The translations under genes and the position numbers were made by a program. A DNA stretch of 15,187 nt, taken from a virus. Location of the stretch: the UHGV virus genome UHGV-1764962; one strand, written 5' to 3'. Shown piece by piece: positions 13,989 through 15,187 of this stretch (its first letter is position 1; the number at the start of each line of letters is the position of its first letter). Under the pieces are notes generated by a model. That model ran no database searches. It was not told where the DNA came from and was given only the letters and a program-made list of their open reading frames with translations.

Positions 13989-14244
13989 TTTTCACTTCCT
14001 GGCTGTGAAAATGTTGCTCTGCTTTGTTCATCGTCTCAATGGTCTGGTTAAGATCCATTATTGACTTATCACGTTCCTTAACAGCCTGATCAAGACTGCC
14101 AATTTTCTCCATAGCTTGCTTTAGCTGATGACGTTCCCATGCAAACCCAGCACCAACAAGTGCGCAAATCAGAACAAGAACACCAGTAGCAGCAAGTTTC
14201 TCCTTCAAAGACAAAGCTGTTTTTAACGTAGAAAAGAATGACAT
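13822..14244 (-). CDS. Inner-membrane spanin (Rz)-like protein, about 140 aa
   Basis: Probable start is the ATG at 14242-14244 (MSFFSTLK...) with strong SD aggagg and 5-nt spacer; the ORF-track start at 14271 is TTG. N-terminal TM segment LAATGVLVLICALVGAGFAW followed by a charged, coiled-coil-prone periplasmic domain. Confidence 0.5.
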   Translation of the reverse strand: MSFFSTLKTALSLKEKLAATGVLVLICALVGAGFAWERHQLKQAMEKIGSLDQAVKERDKSIMDLNQTIETMNKAEQHFHSQEVKNESEQAKYADRQMERKAEVQKQLVAAGNVRQRIPADTQRLLRQSISEFNADADKG

Positions 14245-14283
14245 GTCTTCCTCCTGAAGAAAAATTATCAATGAAGTCCTTTG

Positions 14284-14946
14284 TTACTGTGCCGCTTTGT
14301 TTAATTCATCAAGAACAGAATCAGGAACCAAAGCGGCAACTGCGCTGGCTGTGCTGACCTTATTTGCTGATGCTTCCGCAAGCGCGGTACCGATAGCATG
14401 GTTATAAGCAGTTATGGCTACGTTGGCGCTTTCATTCGCTCGTTCATACTGCTGTTGTAACGCAGTTGTGGGCGCTGTTGTCTGGTTGAAAACAACCCCA
14501 AACTGTTCAGTTGCTACTTTCAGAGATTCAATTTGCTCTTCTGTTAGTGCTGGTGGGGGAGTGGCAGTGCCGCCGCCTGAACCAGAGCCTGACGAGCTTC
14601 CTGAGCCAGTGTTAAGGGTCTGGTTAATCTCCCCCATAGCAGCGACTAAACTTGATGTATTAAGCGCGTTAACAGCGTCCTCAAGCGATTTAGTAATATT
14701 CACATCACCAATGGCAATAGAGATCGGCAGTTCTGAAACTTCTCGCTCATTAGCACGGCAGTAAACATCCCAACCAATATCGAGTTGAAGCAGCATTGAC
14801 AGATCTGCATAACCAGCCAACAGGTCCGCGTGCTTAGTTGCCAGTTCTCCAATGTTCGTTAAGCCGGTTGTGGTTGTTCTTATCGTTGAAACATAGCTGG
14901 TAATAGTGTCGGGATAGACAATTGTATCCAGAATTAATCCGGTCAA
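14284..14946 (-). CDS. Hypothetical protein, at least 220 aa, probably the C-terminal portion of a gene interrupted by the IS5-family element
   Basis: Minus-strand frame stays open from 14284 through the IS boundary at 14976 to a stop inside the IS (15019-15021); the ORF-track start is a TTG without SD. Contains a Thr-rich segment and a Gly/Ser linker (TGSGSSSGSGSGGGTATPPP). Confidence 0.4.
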   Translation of the reverse strand: MTGLILDTIVYPDTITSYVSTIRTTTTGLTNIGELATKHADLLAGYADLSMLLQLDIGWDVYCRANEREVSELPISIAIGDVNITKSLEDAVNALNTSSLVAAMGEINQTLNTGSGSSSGSGSGGGTATPPPALTEEQIESLKVATEQFGVVFNQTTAPTTALQQQYERANESANVAITAYNHAIGTALAEASANKVSTASAVAALVPDSVLDELNKAAQ

Positions 14947-14975
14947 TTCTTCTGCAAGCAGTTTTGCTGTGTTAG

Positions 14976-15187
14976 GGAAGGTGCGAATAAGCGGGGAAAT
15001 TCTTCTCGGCTGACTCAGTCATTTCATTTCTTCATGTTTGAGCCGATTTTTTCTCCCGTAAATGCCTTGAATCAGCCTATTTAGGCTATTTTTTCCACCA
15101 TTTCTGGCGTTATTTCCGGTTTTTACTGAGATCTCTCCCACTGACGTATCATTTGGTCCACCCGAAGCAGGTTGGCCAGGGTGAATA
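14976..15187. mobile_element. IS5-family insertion sequence, terminal 212 bp (truncated by the window/contig end)
   Basis: Begins with the 16-bp IS5 terminal inverted repeat GGAAGGTGCGAATAAG (14976-14991), preceded by TTAG (14972-14975), which fits the IS5 YTAR target. The first ~110 bp match my recollection of the IS5 end, with patchy divergence further in. Confidence 0.8.

Noticed and set aside
1-15187. tRNA, rRNA, integrase/att sites or an obvious defence operon (restriction-modification, CRISPR-Cas and the like)
   Set aside because: No cloverleaf-compatible segments, rRNA-like conserved blocks, recombinase-sized ORFs or multi-gene defence cassettes were found on either strand.

Overview
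The window reads as one complete short-read contig from a P1-like phage-plasmid (plasmid prophage). Bases 1-30 are a Nextera/Tn5 adapter remnant, and the 3' end (14976-15187) runs into the terminal inverted repeat of an IS5-family element, so both edges are assembly boundaries. In order, the window carries: (i) an ANT/KilAC-domain protein, then a C1-operator-like site in front of a kilA-repL operon (P1 lytic replicon arrangement); (ii) a Hok/Mok/Sok-type type I toxin-antitoxin locus whose 51-aa toxin is absent from the ORF track; (iii) a minus-strand late structural operon with a major head protein carrying an N-terminal scaffold-like domain, a tail sheath protein and three unassigned virion-type proteins; (iv) a P1-type partition cassette parA-parB with a recognisable parS centromere (box A ATTTCAC, box B TCGCCA); (v) an iteron plasmid replicon: five direct-repeat iterons plus GATC repeats and a DnaA box, repA, then a second mixed-orientation iteron array; (vi) a T5orf172/GIY-YIG-like protein between the replicon and parA; (vii) an acidic Cys/His-rich small protein, an overlapping i-spanin/o-spanin-like pair, and a gene apparently interrupted by the IS5-family element. 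No rRNA, tRNA or CRISPR array was seen. All protein assignments rest on motif recognition and gene order, not on database searches, and I could not settle whether the replicon is the classical P1 (IncY) type or a substituted one.
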